DNA of 32,000 bases from the NCBI RefSeq assembly GCF_000195975.1, contig NC_005070.1, positions 1,200,001 through 1,232,000 on the forward strand. Direction: 5' to 3'. This document shows positions 1 through 9,727 of the stretch, one piece after another. The translations under genes were made by a program, and so were the position numbers. The DNA comes from Parasynechococcus marenigrum WH 8102. GTDB lineage: Bacteria; Cyanobacteriota; Cyanobacteriia; PCC-6307; Cyanobiaceae. The stretch's first letter is position 1. Each line of letters starts with the position of its first letter. Below the pieces are notes generated by a model. It was not told where the DNA came from, ran no database searches, and saw only the letters and a program-made list of their open reading frames with translations.

Positions 1-1317
1 AAGGAGGAGCTCGAGGAGGTGGTCACCTTCCTTAAGCAGCCGGAATCGTTCACCGGTCTTGGCGCCAAGATTCCCCGTGGCGTGCTGCTCGTGGGTCCCC
101 CTGGCACTGGAAAAACACTCCTGGCCCGTGCCATCGCCGGTGAAGCGGAGGTGCCGTTCTTTTCGATGGCCGCCTCCGAATTCGTTGAGTTGTTTGTCGG
201 GGTCGGGGCCAGTCGGGTCCGTGATCTGTTCCGTCAGGCGAAGGAGAAGTCCCCATGCATCGTGTTCATCGATGAGATTGACGCCGTCGGTCGTCAGCGC
301 GGTGCCGGAATCGGTGGAGGGAATGACGAGCGGGAGCAGACCCTGAACCAGCTGCTCACGGAAATGGATGGTTTTGCCGACAATTCTGGGGTGATTCTGC
401 TGGCAGCCACCAACCGAGCTGATGTGTTGGATGCAGCCCTCACCCGTCCAGGACGCTTTGATCGGCGCATCGACGTGTCTCTGCCGGATCGCCGCGGCCG
501 TGAGGAGATTCTTGGCGTTCATGCGCGAACGCGACCTCTGGATCCCGAGATCGATCTGACGGCATGGGCTCGCCGAACACCGGGTTTCTCCGGTGCTGAG
601 CTGGCCAACCTGATCAACGAGGCAGCCATCCTCACGGCCCGTGAACAGCAACCCTTCATCAGCGATCGCCAGCTGGAAGGGGCCTTGGAACGCATCACCA
701 TGGGCCTCAGTGCCAAGCCCCTTCAGGACAGTGCCAAAAAACGACTGATCGCTTATCACGAAGTCGGTCATGCCCTCGTGGCAGCCCTGCTGCCGGCTGC
801 CAACAAATTGGACAAGGTCACGATTCTTCCCAGGGGAGCGGCAGGTGGTTACACCCGTTTCATGCCAGATGAGGAGAAGCTGGACTCGGGCCTGATCACC
901 CGAGCGTCCTGTCTGGCCGACCTCGTGGTTTCTCTCGGCGGCCGTGCTGCGGAGCTGGTGGTCTTCGGACCACTGGAGATCACCCAAGGAGCCAGTGGTG
1001 ATCTGCAGATGGTGTCCCAGTTGGCCAGGGAGATGGTCACACGGTTCGGATTTTCGTCTCTGGGCCCTGTTGCCCTGGAAGGTCCCGGCACCGAGGTGTT
1101 CCTGGGGCGTGACTGGTTCAGCCAGCGCCCCGGTTATGCCGAAAGTACCGGTCAGGCCATTGACACCCGTGTGCGGGATCTTGCCAAGCAATCCCTGGAC
1201 CAGGCTGTGGCCCTGCTGGAATCACGACGCGACGTGATGGATCGCCTCGTCGATGCCCTGATGGAGGAAGAGACGCTCCACCACGATCGCTTCATGGAGC
1301 TCGCCGGACTGGGATGA
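1..1317 (+). CDS. ftsH: ATP-dependent zinc metalloprotease FtsH (5' end lies outside the window)
   Basis: Frame 1 is open from nt 1 ([14 protein letters not shown]...). It has Walker A GPPGTGKT, Walker B IVFIDEID and the Zn-binding motif HEVGH. Stop is TGA at 1315-1317. Confidence 0.95.
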   Translation, partial: KEELEEVVTFLKQPESFTGLGAKIPRGVLLVGPPGTGKTLLARAIAGEAEVPFFSMAASEFVELFVGVGASRVRDLFRQAKEKSPCIVFIDEIDAVGRQRGAGIGGGNDEREQTLNQLLTEMDGFADNSGVILLAATNRADVLDAALTRPGRFDRRIDVSLPDRRGREEILGVHARTRPLDPEIDLTAWARRTPGFSGAELANLINEAAILTAREQQPFISDRQLEGALERITMGLSAKPLQDSAKKRLIAYHEVGHALVAALLPAANKLDKVTILPRGAAGGYTRFMPDEEKLDSGLITRASCLADLVVSLGGRAAELVVFGPLEITQGASGDLQMVSQLAREMVTRFGFSSLGPVALEGPGTEVFLGRDWFSQRPGYAESTGQAIDTRVRDLAKQSLDQAVALLESRRDVMDRLVDALMEEETLHHDRFMELAGLG

Positions 1318-4034
1318 GGATCCTCCTGCTGCTGCTTCCGCTTGTTGTTCTGGCGGCCCGCATGCAGGTCGAATGGTCCTGGTTCCAGCAGTTTCAGCTG
1401 GAAGGTGTTCTTCTGGAGCGCTGGCTGCTGCAGCTGGCCAGCGCTGTTGTCGCGTTACTCCCCATCGGTCTGGCCATCCGATGGAGTCGCTCGCTTGATC
1501 CATCTCCGGAAACCGCTTCAACAGTGCGGCTGGAGGGTTGGCGCTATTCCCTGACGCTGTTGCTGGCGATCGCCCTGCAATTGGTGAGCCTTGCCGTGAT
1601 CAATGGTCTGATCCTGCAGGCCATCGATGACTCGATGAACCTGGCCAGTGGCTGGCAGGTGTCGATTCACCAATCTCAGCTGCCAGTGCTGACGCTGATC
1701 AGTCTGGTGGCCGTGATGCAGCCCCGTCTCAGGCGTTTGCTTCCCTGGTTTGTCTCAACGGCAGTGGTGCTGATTGCGGCCAGAGCCTGGGGGGTCTGGG
1801 CCCTTGCCTGGTCAATCCCCCTGTCTGGGCTGCAGGAGCCATTCCTGAAGGCGGATGTCAGCTTTGCGCTGGGCCGCTTCGCAGCGCTTCAGCTATTGAT
1901 CGCGCTGTTGAGTTCCGGTGCTCTGTTTTGTCTGGGCAATGGCCTGCAGACTCTGTTGACCCGTCCGCCAGCTCTGAGTGATTGGAGTTGCGCGGTTCCC
2001 GGCCCCAGAAACCGCCGGCTGCTGATGTTGATGGCAGCACTTGTTCTGGTGCTTCTGGCAGGCCAGTGTTGGTTGTCCAGACATGCTCTGCTCTGGCATC
2101 AGCACGGCATCGTGGCGGGGGCCGGTTGGCTTCAACAGGCGGTGACGGAACCGTTTCGGATGCTGCTCACCGTTGAACTTTTGCTGCTGGCGCTGGCCGT
2201 CATGTTGCCGTCATCACTGCTCCTGCGCCGAAGGTTGCTGGGCGTTCTTGCTGTGACCCTGGCCCTGGGATTCAGCCTTACCCCCCTCAGCCGCTGGCTG
2301 ATTCTTCGCCCGCAGGAGTTATCCCTTCAGACGCCCTATCTCGAGGAAGCGATTCGATCCACACGCCATGCCTTTCAACTCGATCGAATCACGCGGGGCT
2401 CGTACAAACCAGAACCCTCGCTCACAAAGGCTGACATTGTGCAAGGCGCCAGCACCCTGAGCAATCTGAGACTGTGGGACAGCGCTCCGCTGCTGGAAAC
2501 CAACCGTCAGCTGCAGCAGCTGCGGGTGTACTACCGCTTCCCTCAGGCATCGGTCGATCGTTATCCGCTCTCACCGCAAGGGGATACTCCGCAACAGGTG
2601 ATCCTTTCGGCGAGGGAGCTGGATCAATCAGCTCTACCGCGTCGTTCCAAGACTTGGCTGAACCGCCATTTTGTGTTCACCCACGGCTATGGCTTCACGG
2701 TGAGTCCGGTGAACACCCGCGGTGACGATGGATTGCCAGAGTATTTCATCAGTGACCTGGGAACGGACACCAGGATTCAGGGCAATCGTGAGCTTGGGAT
2801 AGAGCGCGAGGATGTGGAGCGGGCCATTCCAGTGGAGGACGCGGCTCTCTACTTCGGCATGCTGCGATCGCCCTACGCCGTGGCACCCACCCGGGTCGAT
2901 GAATTCGACTATCCCGAAGGGGACCTGAACGTTTACACGCACTATCGCGGCAGCGCCGGAGTTCCCATCGGTCATTGGCTTCAACGGGTTGCAGCGGCCA
3001 CGTATCTCGGAGAACCACGGCTGCTGACAGCGGGATCCATCGACCATTCCTCCAAGCTTCTGATCCGCCGTGAAGTGCGGGACCGCGTCCAAGCCATTGC
3101 ACCTTTTCTCGATCTTCGGGGCGATCCGTACCTGATTTCGATCCCTCAATCCGGCCAGCCAACGTCTGCTTCCAATCAGCATCAGTACTGGGTGGTAGAG
3201 GGTTTCACCCACTCCTCCACCTATCCCTACAGCTCGGCAGTGTCAAACAGCGATTCCGATCGCTACCTGCGGAACTCCGTGAAGGCTGTTGTGGATGCCT
3301 ACAACGGCAGCGTGCAGTTGTTCATCAGTGAGCCGGATGATCCATTGATCAGAGGCTGGGCTCGAGTGTTTCCGCAGTTGTTCCAGCCTCTCGACGCAAT
3401 GCCGTCATCGATTCGCGATCACCTGCGGGTGCCGAAGGAATTGTTTGATGTTCAGGTGAAACAACTCCAGCGCTATCACGTTGAAGATCCGCGCGTGTTT
3501 TACAGCGGAGATGACGTCTGGCAAGTGCCGCTGGAGGTCTATGACGGTGAGCAGATTTCAGTTCGGCCTTATCACATCACAGCCCAGGTACAGGACCGCA
3601 GCAATTCCGAGTTTTTGTTGTTGCAACCCCTCACGCCGCTTGCGAGACCCAACCTCACCGCATGGTTGGCGGCGCGCAACGACGGCAAGCACTACGGCGA
3701 TCTTGTTCAGATTGATTTTCCCAAGGACACGCCGATTCTTGGCCCCGAACAGGTTCAGGCACTGATCAATCAGGACCCTGAGATCAGCAAGGTGTTCGGA
3801 CTTTGGGATCGTGGAGGATCTCAGGTGGTGCAAGGGAACCTGTTGGTGGTTCCCGTGGGCCAATGCCTGTTGTATGTGGAACCCGTTTATCTGCGGGCGA
3901 GCAAAGGAGGGCTGCCCTCGCTCACCAGGATTGTGGTGAGCGATGGGCGAACGATTGCCATGGCCGACACGCTTCCGGGTGCCATTGATCGACTGATGCA
4001 AAAAACCCTGCCGCCAGTGGCGACAGGGTCCTGA
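1314..4034 (+). CDS. Large multi-pass membrane protein, UPF0182 (COG1615)-like
   Basis: 906-aa ORF. The N-terminal ~330 aa consist of Leu/Ala-rich hydrophobic segments, followed by a long soluble domain ([26 protein letters not shown]). The family name is from recall. ATG 1314 overlaps the ftsH stop (ATGA). Confidence 0.85.
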   Translation: MRILLLLLPLVVLAARMQVEWSWFQQFQLEGVLLERWLLQLASAVVALLPIGLAIRWSRSLDPSPETASTVRLEGWRYSLTLLLAIALQLVSLAVINGLILQAIDDSMNLASGWQVSIHQSQLPVLTLISLVAVMQPRLRRLLPWFVSTAVVLIAARAWGVWALAWSIPLSGLQEPFLKADVSFALGRFAALQLLIALLSSGALFCLGNGLQTLLTRPPALSDWSCAVPGPRNRRLLMLMAALVLVLLAGQCWLSRHALLWHQHGIVAGAGWLQQAVTEPFRMLLTVELLLLALAVMLPSSLLLRRRLLGVLAVTLALGFSLTPLSRWLILRPQELSLQTPYLEEAIRSTRHAFQLDRITRGSYKPEPSLTKADIVQGASTLSNLRLWDSAPLLETNRQLQQLRVYYRFPQASVDRYPLSPQGDTPQQVILSARELDQSALPRRSKTWLNRHFVFTHGYGFTVSPVNTRGDDGLPEYFISDLGTDTRIQGNRELGIEREDVERAIPVEDAALYFGMLRSPYAVAPTRVDEFDYPEGDLNVYTHYRGSAGVPIGHWLQRVAAATYLGEPRLLTAGSIDHSSKLLIRREVRDRVQAIAPFLDLRGDPYLISIPQSGQPTSASNQHQYWVVEGFTHSSTYPYSSAVSNSDSDRYLRNSVKAVVDAYNGSVQLFISEPDDPLIRGWARVFPQLFQPLDAMPSSIRDHLRVPKELFDVQVKQLQRYHVEDPRVFYSGDDVWQVPLEVYDGEQISVRPYHITAQVQDRSNSEFLLLQPLTPLARPNLTAWLAARNDGKHYGDLVQIDFPKDTPILGPEQVQALINQDPEISKVFGLWDRGGSQVVQGNLLVVPVGQCLLYVEPVYLRASKGGLPSLTRIVVSDGRTIAMADTLPGAIDRLMQKTLPPVATGS

Positions 4035-4064
4035 ATCAGCAGCGTTCGTTGAACGTCCTCTGAA

Positions 4065-4667
4065 TCAACCGATGGCGGAGAAATACTCCTTGGAACCTTT
4101 CGGATCGGGCTTCATGGTCTTTTCGCCGGGCGTCCAGTTGGCGGGGCAGACTTCATCGGGGTTGGACTGCACGTACTGGAAGGCCTGAAGCACACGCAGG
4201 GTTTCGTCCACATTCCGGCCAACAGGCAGGTTGTTGATCGTGGAGTGCATGATCACGCCATCGGGATCGATGATGAACAGTCCACGCAAAGCAACGCCTT
4301 CGGCGTCGTCCAGCACGTTGTATGCGGTGGCGATTTCCTTCTTGAGGTCAGCGACCAGGGGATAGTTGATGTCGCCCAGACCGCCCTGATTGCGGGGAGT
4401 CTGAATCCAGGCCAGATGGCTGAACTGGCTGTCAACGGAAACGCCGAGGACTTCGGTGTTCTTGCTGGAGAAATCGGCGTAGCGGTCGCTGAAGGCCGTG
4501 ATTTCTGTGGGGCAGACGAAGGTGAAATCCAGGGGATAGAAGAAGAGCACCACGTACTTGCCGCGGTACTGGGACAGGGAGATTTCCTTGAATTCCTGGT
4601 CCACCACTGCAGTGGCAGTGAAATCGGGGGCCTGCTGGCCCACACGAAGGCAACCGGTCTCGGTCAT
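4065..4667 (-). CDS. Typical 2-Cys peroxiredoxin (AhpC/BAS1 type)
   Basis: 200 aa. Peroxidatic Cys is in FTFVCPTEI and resolving Cys in EVCPANW. ATG confirmed at 4667-4665. Confidence 0.95.
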   Translation of the reverse strand: MTETGCLRVGQQAPDFTATAVVDQEFKEISLSQYRGKYVVLFFYPLDFTFVCPTEITAFSDRYADFSSKNTEVLGVSVDSQFSHLAWIQTPRNQGGLGDINYPLVADLKKEIATAYNVLDDAEGVALRGLFIIDPDGVIMHSTINNLPVGRNVDETLRVLQAFQYVQSNPDEVCPANWTPGEKTMKPDPKGSKEYFSAIG

Positions 4668-4717
4668 GTTCGGGGTGCGGTGAGGTGGAACTTGTCAGCC
4701 GAACGCCTTAAGCGAAG

Positions 4718-4746
4718 TCGATACGACTACAAGTTTCGTATGTCAA
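4718..4746 (-). promoter_or_regulatory. Candidate sigma70-type promoter of the peroxiredoxin gene, with an embedded inverted repeat
   Basis: Read on the minus strand: perfect -35 TTGACA (4746-4741), a 17-nt spacer, then a weak -10 TATCGA (4723-4718). The inverted repeat ATACGA-N9-TCGTAT (4721-4741) fills the spacer. Confidence 0.3.
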
Positions 4747-4787
4747 TTTATCACGAGCGCACATCAGTGAAGCCATAAGATTCCTGT

Positions 4788-5084
4788 ATGGATGATCGAA
4801 CGATGAGCTGGGATCCTTCCCTGTTGCGTAAGTACAGCTCCACAGGACATTTTCGGCTGCTCAATCAACTAAAGGGTGACCTCAGTAAGCGTCCCTTGGA
4901 CCGCGATGCCTCGACGGGGGCTTTGCGAATGCCCGGGTCAGGGTCCGGCTCTAGATCCAGACGCTCTGCGGGGCAGGTCCCGCGTCGTTCTGCGCAACCG
5001 GTACCTGCCCCCGTGGTTGAGCCAGTGAGCAACTCCGAGTCCAGCAGCTTCCTTGATCGACTCAGTGCCATCGATATGCGCTAA
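4788..5084 (+). CDS. Hypothetical protein with a Ser/Gly/Arg- and Pro-rich low-complexity C-terminal half
   Basis: 98-aa ORF with a second in-frame ATG at 4803 (MSWDPSLLRKYSSTGHFRLLNQL...). No family recognised. No competing ORF on the other strand. Confidence 0.55.
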   Translation: MDDRTMSWDPSLLRKYSSTGHFRLLNQLKGDLSKRPLDRDASTGALRMPGSGSGSRSRRSAGQVPRRSAQPVPAPVVEPVSNSESSSFLDRLSAIDMR

Positions 5085-5147
5085 GTCCAATTTCGCGCGA
5101 GGAAGGAAGGCCGAGATGTATGATGACGACTGGCTTGAAGGCCATTC

Positions 5148-5221
5148 GTCAGAGTAGCTCAGCTGGTTAGAGCACAGGATTCATAACCCTGAGGTCGGGA
5201 GTTCAAGTCTCCCCTCTGACA
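5148..5221 (+). tRNA. tRNA with anticodon CAU (elongator tRNA-Met, or tRNA-Ile2 if lysidine-modified)
   Basis: 74-nt cloverleaf folded by hand. Acceptor GTCAGAG/CTCTGAC, D-stem GCTC/GAGC, anticodon stem CAGGA/CCCTG (A31-C39 mismatch). Loop TTCATAA has CAT at 5182-5184, T-arm is GGGAG-TTCAAGT-CTCCC, discriminator is A. The paired G1-C72 argues against an initiator. No encoded CCA. Confidence 0.9.
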
Positions 5222-5270
5222 TTTCGAAACAGCCCTCAAAGAGGTTGAAATTGGAGGCTCTTTGATGATC

Positions 5271-5290
5271 GATCACCCTCAAGGGTGATC
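5271..5290. terminator. Perfect 8-bp hairpin between the tRNA and the convergent peptidase gene (possible bidirectional terminator)
   Basis: GATCACCC-TCAA-GGGTGATC lies 8 nt past the peptidase stop (5298). There is no clear U-tract on either strand. Confidence 0.4.
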
Positions 5291-5297
5291 TCGGGAT

Positions 5298-6338
5298 TCA
5301 GGCGCGCCTTTGTGGAAGTTTGCTGAGAGGGTTCACCGCTGCACCACCGGAACGACGAATTTCGAAATGAAGGTGAGGGCCCGTGCTGCGTCCTGTGCTT
5401 CCCATCAGAGCAATGGGGGCCCCTTGGGGAACAACTTGCCCTTTCGACACGATGAGACGGCTGTTGTGGGCGTAGCGGGTGGATTCACCATCACCATGTG
5501 CAATCTCTACGAGATAACCATAAGCACCACTCCATCCTGCGAAGGTCACAATGCCGTCTCGGGCCGAATAAACCGATGTGCCTGTGCTGTTGGCAATATC
5601 AATACCTTTGTGCATCCTCCCCCAACGCCATCCATAACCAGATGTGAAGGTCCCTTTCGTGGGCCATCTGTAAGTAGTGGAAGGTGAGAGCTGCCGCGAT
5701 GGCCGGTTGGTTGACTGGAGTTGTGAGAGGTCTGGACGGATCGGCCAACTGGCTCCACCACTCACACTTGGTCGGATAGCCATCAGTTGTTGGCCAGGTT
5801 TGGCCTTGGCAACTTGAACGGTGTTGCCGGCACTGAGTTCAGAGAGTTTGAGGCCAGGGTTGAACCGTTTCAGTTCCTCTTTGTTGATGCCGTGGCGTTC
5901 AAGAAAGGTCGTTAAGGAGTCACCGCGTTGGACAGATGCTGTGGATTGGACCGGAGGAGGGGCTGTGATCGGTGGCTCAGTGCGGACTGAGTTAGCTTCA
6001 ACCGCAAACAAAATTTCAGCACGATCTCGCAGTTCAGCGGGGATGGCGAACCAGCTACCGGAACGGAATACGTGGTTCTCGGGTTGATCATTGATCTCAG
6101 CCAGTTGTTCCGAATCAAAATCAAGCGATGCAGCTAGTCGGAAGAGAGACGTCCGCTGCCGCAAACGAAACCAAAAAGCTGGCTCCTCGGAGATATCGGC
6201 TACCTCATCAATTGATGGGAGCGGCGGAAGCTCCGCCAACTTGAAATTTCTGCTGTCAGCTTGCCCTGGCATCGCATGCCAAGCAACAACGCTTAAAAGC
6301 GGAGTGACGGATGCTGCAAGTACAAGAAGAGAGCGCAT
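5298..6338 (-). CDS. Secreted M23-family metallopeptidase with a LysM domain
   Basis: 346 aa with an N-terminal signal-like segment (MRSLLVLAASVTPLLSVVAW). LysM-like segment: VQRGDSLTTFLERHGINKEELKRFNP. M23 motifs: HKGIDIA and GSTGRSTGPHLHFEIR. Confidence 0.9.
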   Translation of the reverse strand: MRSLLVLAASVTPLLSVVAWHAMPGQADSRNFKLAELPPLPSIDEVADISEEPAFWFRLRQRTSLFRLAASLDFDSEQLAEINDQPENHVFRSGSWFAIPAELRDRAEILFAVEANSVRTEPPITAPPPVQSTASVQRGDSLTTFLERHGINKEELKRFNPGLKLSELSAGNTVQVAKAKPGQQLMAIRPSVSGGASWPIRPDLSQLQSTNRPSRQLSPSTTYRWPTKGTFTSGYGWRWGRMHKGIDIANSTGTSVYSARDGIVTFAGWSGAYGYLVEIAHGDGESTRYAHNSRLIVSKGQVVPQGAPIALMGSTGRSTGPHLHFEIRRSGGAAVNPLSKLPQRRA

Positions 6339-6359
6339 CCCATCTTCAAAATCGGGTGA

Positions 6360-6388
6360 ACCTTAACGAAGTGATCTTGACCGTGCAA
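6360..6388 (-). promoter_or_regulatory. Candidate sigma70-type promoter for the M23 peptidase gene
   Basis: Minus strand: TTGCAC (6388-6383), 17 nt, then TAAGGT (6365-6360). This lies about 20 nt upstream of ATG 6338. Confidence 0.35.
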
Positions 6389-6411
6389 GGGTGGCTGGAT
6401 CAGTCCCTTGA

Positions 6412-6912
6412 TCACCACATCTGAAGCTGGTGACCGGCTGTGTAAGACACCAGGGCACAGGCCACAGACAAATTCAGACTGCGAACACCCCCTTGACCAT
6501 CAGCGTCCACACCCCCGGGCATCGGGATGGTCAGGATGCGGTCACACTGATCACGCACATGCCCTGGTAGTCCGTTGTCTTCGCGGCCGAACAGCAGTAC
6601 ATCACCATGTTGGAACTGAAACTCGCCGAGGCTGTCACCTCCGTGGCGACTGCAGCCGATCAAGCGGTGTGGATGCGGCAGCTGACCCAGCAGATGGTCC
6701 AGATTGGAGTGAATTGAGAGCTGCACGTGAGGCCAGTAATCAAGCCCCGCTCGCCGCACGGCGCGATCGTCAATGCAGAACCCGAGCGGTTCAATCAATG
6801 CCAGCGGCAACCGAAAGGCCGCACAGGTGCGCGCGATGTTGCCTGTGTTGGGGGGGATCTGGGGCTCGTAGAGGACAACCCGCAGGCTTGAGTTCGGCTC
6901 AGGGATAGTCAT
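6412..6912 (-). CDS. trmL: tRNA (cytidine/uridine(34)-2'-O)-methyltransferase TrmL (SpoU/TrmH class)
   Basis: Start placed at ATG 6912 (MTIPEPNS...). It aligns by eye to YibK/TrmL (LYEPQIPPNTGNIARTCAAF, RRAGLDYW, LLFGREDNGLP, SLNLSVA). The ATG overlaps the cobU stop as ATGA. The longer track ORF reaching 7062 would overlap cobU by about 150 nt. Confidence 0.9.
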   Translation of the reverse strand: MTIPEPNSSLRVVLYEPQIPPNTGNIARTCAAFRLPLALIEPLGFCIDDRAVRRAGLDYWPHVQLSIHSNLDHLLGQLPHPHRLIGCSRHGGDSLGEFQFQHGDVLLFGREDNGLPGHVRDQCDRILTIPMPGGVDADGQGGVRSLNLSVACALVSYTAGHQLQMW

Positions 6913-7460
6913 GGCACTCTCTGGCTGAGGGCATGCAGATCGACGGCCCGTCCCTGCAACACAAGCCAGGCTGAATGGGCTTGTCGATCGAGGCTCTGGG
7001 CCAGGGATCCCAGTCGATCGCGAAAGCGACCGCCGATCAGCGTCGGAGGAACCACCCCCCATCCGGTCTCCTCGATCACCACCACGCAGGTCTGCCCCAT
7101 ACCGGCCAGCTGCTCCACCAACTCCTCACAACAGGCATTCCAGGCCTGGTCAGATGCGTCCAGATGGCAGGCGACGAATCCCCCCAGAGCATCAATCAGC
7201 ACGGATGATTGCTGGGGAATCGTCCGCAAGGCGGTGGTCAGATCAGCGTCTGACTCCAACAAACGCCAGTGGCTGGGGCGTCGCCTGCGATGCAAATCCA
7301 GACGGGTCTGCCAGTCCTGATCGTTTGGTCGATCCGGAGCGGTCGCCACATAGGTGACATCGGCAGAGCCCGACAGCAAATGCTCAGCCCAGCGACTTTT
7401 CCCTCCTCTGGAGGGACCACTGACCAGGATGAGGTTGGACGTGTTCTGATCAGCCGCCAC
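6909..7460 (-). CDS. cobU: Bifunctional adenosylcobinamide kinase / adenosylcobinamide-phosphate guanylyltransferase
   Basis: 183 aa. P-loop is LVSGPSRGGKSRWAE and the whole protein is colinear with CobU/CobP (RPSHWRLLE, VVVIEETGWGVVP). Start codon is GTG at 7460. Confidence 0.88.
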   Translation of the reverse strand: MAADQNTSNLILVSGPSRGGKSRWAEHLLSGSADVTYVATAPDRPNDQDWQTRLDLHRRRRPSHWRLLESDADLTTALRTIPQQSSVLIDALGGFVACHLDASDQAWNACCEELVEQLAGMGQTCVVVIEETGWGVVPPTLIGGRFRDRLGSLAQSLDRQAHSAWLVLQGRAVDLHALSQRVP

Positions 7461-8598
7461 CGTTCATCCCCTTGAGTGTCGCCACAGACGATGGGGAGAC
7501 GCGGTTGAGGTACCGGAAGATCCAGTACTTGAAGATCGTCGCCAGGATCACCGGGAAGGTGGCGATGAACAACAAGATGAAGTTTTCCTGGGTCGGCAGA
7601 CCGAAGTGATGGGCGATGCCATCCAGGAGCACCGTCCAGCCTTCAGGGCTGTGGTAACCAACGAAAATATCTGTGAACAAAATGATGGCGAAGGCCTTGG
7701 CGGAGTCACTTAATCCGTAAATCGCTTCATCAAGGAATCCACGCAGCACCCGCAGCTGATCGCGACTCACAAGACAGACCACAACAAATGCCATCAGACC
7801 GGCCAGGTCAGCAAGCACGTTCTTGATCGCCTGAACACTCTCCTGGTCAGCCTCCTGTTTGAGTTCCTGTGCTCTCTCCCTCAGCTTGATCACCAACAGA
7901 TCTGAGGACAGCGGCTCTTGCCCCTTGAGCAGGGCATCGAATTCCAGCTCTTCTTTGTAAATCCGTAGTTTCTCCACGGCGACTTCCTCGAGCTGAGGTT
8001 TCGGATAACTGAGGAACGAGAGATCGGGGGACAGACGCTCCACCGCTGGCCCGACGATGTAAGTGTTCGACACCTGCTGGACCAGCAGCGGTACCAACAC
8101 CAACAGCAACAGGATTCTCAGCGACGCCAGGGTTGAATCACGGCGACGGCGGAACCCTGCCACCACGGATTCTTCTGAAGAAGGATCCAATTGCCGACGG
8201 ACTGAATCAAAGACCCCCAATAGTGAGCGAGGTAGCAGCTCGGGGGCGGTGCTCATGCCGCTTTTGCTGGACGAGCGCTTGCCGGAGTAACGGCTCACCA
8301 CGGTCTCGATCAGCTGGAGTTGCCGCAGTTCCTGTGGATCCAGCTGCCCCCGGTTGGGTGTCACGGTGGACAGGCTGGACCGGCAAATCTGAAGGGCGGC
8401 GTGGAAACGCCGCAGGACAGTGGCCTGCACGGATCGAGGAACAGAAAGTTCCAGCTCCGGCCGGACTTTGCGGTCGGCATAGAACTCCAGCTCAAGGCTT
8501 TGAATCAGCAGCGCCGCCTCGTAGCCACGCTCCAACGCGTTGGTGAGGTTGTTGCCCTCACCCCGGGAGAACAGACCAATCCAGTTCCGCGCGGCCAT
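7450..8598 (-). CDS. pxcA: Proton extrusion protein PxcA (CemA/Ycf10 homologue)
   Basis: 382 aa. The C-terminal membrane domain carries the CemA signature (FTDIFVGYHSPEGW, ATFPVILATIFKYWIFRYLNRVSPSSVATLKGMN). ATG at 8598. The 3' end overlaps the cobU start by 11 nt. Confidence 0.9.
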   Translation of the reverse strand: MAARNWIGLFSRGEGNNLTNALERGYEAALLIQSLELEFYADRKVRPELELSVPRSVQATVLRRFHAALQICRSSLSTVTPNRGQLDPQELRQLQLIETVVSRYSGKRSSSKSGMSTAPELLPRSLLGVFDSVRRQLDPSSEESVVAGFRRRRDSTLASLRILLLLVLVPLLVQQVSNTYIVGPAVERLSPDLSFLSYPKPQLEEVAVEKLRIYKEELEFDALLKGQEPLSSDLLVIKLRERAQELKQEADQESVQAIKNVLADLAGLMAFVVVCLVSRDQLRVLRGFLDEAIYGLSDSAKAFAIILFTDIFVGYHSPEGWTVLLDGIAHHFGLPTQENFILLFIATFPVILATIFKYWIFRYLNRVSPSSVATLKGMNGGG

Positions 8599-8610
8599 CG
8601 GCTCAGGCGA

Positions 8611-9282
8611 TCATCGGGAGAACACCCACCAGGTCGCCATTGGGATGATGGTGCCCAGCACCAGCAGCACGATGATCCAGGTTGTGGCATTGCTGCTTTC
8701 TGTTTCCTCCTGCGTGGGAATGTTGGTGGGCAGGGTTGTGCGAACAATTTCAGCTGGTGGACCGGGATCCTCACCACCACCGAGGACTGTGCTCAGACGA
8801 TTGATGCCATCGAGGGTGGCTTGCCGGTAGCGGTCTCCCTCCCTGAGGGGAACGCTCATGGTGGTTCGCGCCGTGCTGGTTAACAACGTCTCAGGTAGCT
8901 GAGATTGCAGCGTGGGGTCGGCAGCAATGGAGGCCCGCTTGTTCTGGGTTTCGATCAGAAGCAACAGAAGTGGCTCCGAACCTTCAGACGACCACTGAGC
9001 CAGGAGCTCCTCACCAAAACTGTCGAGGTTTAACCCGTAATCAAGCCGGCGCAGCGTCACGACACGGGCGTCAACGCGATCAGCAGCGAGATCCTGCAGT
9101 CGTGCGTTGAGTTCCGAACGACTGGCCCGGCTGAACACCTCAGCGTCATCCAGGACACGTTCGTCCGGACGACTGGCGCCCAGATCAACAGGCGAGATGG
9201 CCTGAGCCGCTGGGGGACATGCAAGAACAATAAAAAGGCCAATGGCGGCAACAATGTTGGCCAGTCGACGCAGGGAAGACAT
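8611..9282 (-). CDS. TPM-domain protein, Psb32/TLP18.3-like, with a signal peptide and C-terminal TM anchor
   Basis: Start chosen at ATG 9282, which gives a clean signal peptide (MSSLRRLANIVAAIGLFIVLACPPAAQA). In-frame ATGs also exist at 9306 and 9327. TPM-like core (LDDAEVFSRASRSELNARLQDL...VVTLRRL) is followed by a C-terminal hydrophobic helix. The family call is from recall. Confidence 0.7.
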   Translation of the reverse strand: MSSLRRLANIVAAIGLFIVLACPPAAQAISPVDLGASRPDERVLDDAEVFSRASRSELNARLQDLAADRVDARVVTLRRLDYGLNLDSFGEELLAQWSSEGSEPLLLLLIETQNKRASIAADPTLQSQLPETLLTSTARTTMSVPLREGDRYRQATLDGINRLSTVLGGGEDPGPPAEIVRTTLPTNIPTQEETESSNATTWIIVLLVLGTIIPMATWWVFSR

Positions 9283-9319
9283 CAAACCATCCCGAACAAC
9301 AATCATGAGCAGTCTGCCG

Positions 9320-9727
9320 TCAGGCATCCAGGCTGTCGCGGTTCAGCGCTTCAATGGCGATCAGAATTGACGCCGCTTCGCCCTCAGGCAGGTCCATCTG
9401 CGTCGACAGTTTTTTTAGGAACGCCGATTCCTCCGCTGTCACGGTTCGATCGGCGTGGGCGAGGTGTGCGGCCACGGCAAGGGCGCTTTGCTGTTGGGAG
9501 AACGTCAGAACAGGCAGAGCCTCATCCACGAGGCCGTTGACACCCTGATCTCGAAGACGGTGCAAAAGACGGTCAAACAAATCCCCCATCTCAGCTTCAG
9601 AGCTGCTGCTGTATAGCGTCCGATATTCCAGCTGTGCCCTCAAGGCATGGGCTTCATCACGTCCGAGGCTGCCGTCGCAGGCCACGGCAGCAAGGGCAAT
9701 TGCAGCAAAGGCTTCTGCGCTGTTCAT
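9320..9727 (-). CDS. TerB-like (tellurite-resistance TerB fold) small protein
   Basis: 135 aa, helical, with two repeats of the TerB-like pattern (AVACDGSLGRDEAHAL and LAHADRTVTAEESAFL). ATG at 9727. The family call is from recall. Confidence 0.6.
   Translation of the reverse strand: MNSAEAFAAIALAAVACDGSLGRDEAHALRAQLEYRTLYSSSSEAEMGDLFDRLLHRLRDQGVNGLVDEALPVLTFSQQQSALAVAAHLAHADRTVTAEESAFLKKLSTQMDLPEGEAASILIAIEALNRDSLDA

Noticed and set aside
5148-6411. Possible genomic islet integrated at the tRNA, with the adjacent M23 peptidase as cargo.
   Set aside because: There is no repeat of the tRNA 3' end downstream and no integrase. My hand-counted GC for the peptidase gene (about 53-62% per line) is not clearly different from its neighbours.
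6913-7062. N-terminal extensions offered by the ORF track: trmL to 7062, metG to 13147, the FAD oxidoreductase from 13096, L33 to 17457, DUF2237 to 28242, and the CCB-like gene from 9634.
   Set aside because: The extensions overlap neighbouring genes or add low-complexity residues ahead of a canonical family N-terminus. Each has an internal ATG at the expected position.
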